Assembly (NCBI GenBank): GCA_964016885.1
Contig: OZ024742.1
Location: forward strand, 31,000,001-31,064,000
Length of the DNA stretch: 64,000 bases
Origin: Eledone cirrhosa
Taxonomy: Eukaryota
Direction of reading: 5' to 3'
Shown: positions 62,701 to 64,000 of the stretch, piece by piece
Layout: each line of letters begins with the position of its first letter
Position numbering within the stretch: position 1 is the stretch's first letter
Notes under the pieces: generated by a model
What the model was told of the DNA's origin: nothing
The model's input: only the letters and a program-made list of their open reading frames with translations
Database searches by the model: none
Translations under genes and position numbers: made by a program

Positions 62701-64000
62701 ACATCACACAGCAAGCTACAAGACATGTAACCTCTGGTCACACTGTATCACACAACAGTGACCACATGACAGAGAAAGCTACAAGACATACAACCTCTGG
62801 TCACAATGTATCACACAGTAGTGACCACACGACACAGCAAGCTACAAGAAATGTCACCTCTGGTCACACTGTATCACACAACAGTGACCACATGACACAG
62901 CAAGCTACAAGACATATAACCTCTGGTAACACTGTATCACACAACAGTGACCACATGACACAGCAAGCTACAAGACTTACAACCTCTGGTCACACTGTAT
63001 CACACAACAGTGACCACATGTCACAGCAAGCTACAAGACATACAACCTCTGGTCACACTGTATCACACAACAGTGACCACATGACACAGCAAGCTACAAG
63101 ACATTAAACTCTGGTCACCCTGTATCTCACAACAGTGACCACATGACACAGCAAGCTAGAAGAAATGTAACCTCTGGTCACACTGTATCACACAACAGTG
63201 ACCACATGACACAGCAAGCTACAAGACATACAACCTCTGGTTACACTGTATCACACAACAGTGACCACATGACACAGCAAGCTACAAGACATGTAACCTC
63301 TGGTCACACTGTATCACACAACAGTGACCGCATGACACAGAAAGCTACAAAATACACAACATCTGGTCACACTGTATCACACAACAGTGACCACATGACA
63401 CAGCAAGCTAGAAGACATATAACCTCTCGTCACACTGTATCAGAAAACAGTGACCACACGACACAGCAAGCTACAAGAAATGTCACCTCTGGTCACACTG
63501 TATCACACAACAGTGACCACATGAGACAGCAAGCTACAAGACATACAACCTCTGGTCACACTGTATCACACAGTAGTGACCACACGACACAGCAAGCTAC
63601 AAGAAATGTCACATCTGGTCACACTGTATCACACAACAGTGACCACATGACACAGCAAGCTACAAGACATATAACCTCTGGTAACACCGTATCACACAAC
63701 AGTGAACACATGACACAGCAAGCTACAAGACTTACAACCTCTGGTCACACTCTATCACACAACAGTGACCATATAACACAGCAAGCTACAACACATACAA
63801 CCTCTGGTCACACTGTATTTCACAACAGTGACCACATGACACAGCAAGCTACAAGACATGTAACCTCTGATCACACTGTATCAGACAACAGTGACCACAT
63901 GACACAGCAAGCTACATGACATGTAACCTCTGGTCACACTGTATCACACAACAGTGACCACATGACACAGAAAGCTACAAAATATACAACCTCTGGTCAC
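41701..64000. repeat. 63-bp tandem satellite, more than 22 kb, about 350 copies, continuing past the window end
   Basis: Consensus atgacacagcaagctacaagacatgtaacctctggtcacactgtatcacacaacagtgaccac (reads MTQQATRHVTSGHTVSHNSDH); all units are head to tail. Confidence 0.98.

Noticed and set aside
41701-64000. CRISPR-like array
   Set aside because: There are no unique spacers; the whole 63-bp unit is repeated, no cas genes are present and the context is eukaryotic.

Overview
This is eukaryotic (animal) repeat-rich DNA with no host gene that I can support. The SINE and microsatellite content suggests a coleoid cephalopod such as Octopus; this is an inference. Bases 1-41.7 kb are a nested pile of transposable elements separated by (TA)n, (CA)n and (ATGT)n microsatellites. 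They include a near full-length Tx1/L1-clade LINE followed by a second 3' UTR and a tRNA-headed SINE sharing its tail, R4/Dong-like LINEs (one apparently complete but with a 2.9-kb 5' inversion), RTE LINE fragments with three copies of an RTE-tailed non-autonomous element, and two Penelope-like elements (one with an 858-aa RT/GIY-YIG ORF). There are also several hammerhead-ribozyme motifs (two embedded in long palindromes), a deleted mariner with MITEs, Helentron-like elements, Meta- and CORE-type SINEs and CRE-like fragments. Bases 41.7-64 kb are one 63-bp tandem satellite of about 350 copies that runs off the window. It has an internal hairpin, higher-order duplications and long incidental His/Ser/Thr-rich ORFs. 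Most ORFs in the track are microsatellite or shadow artefacts. Clade labels come from motif recognition by eye, not from database searches.
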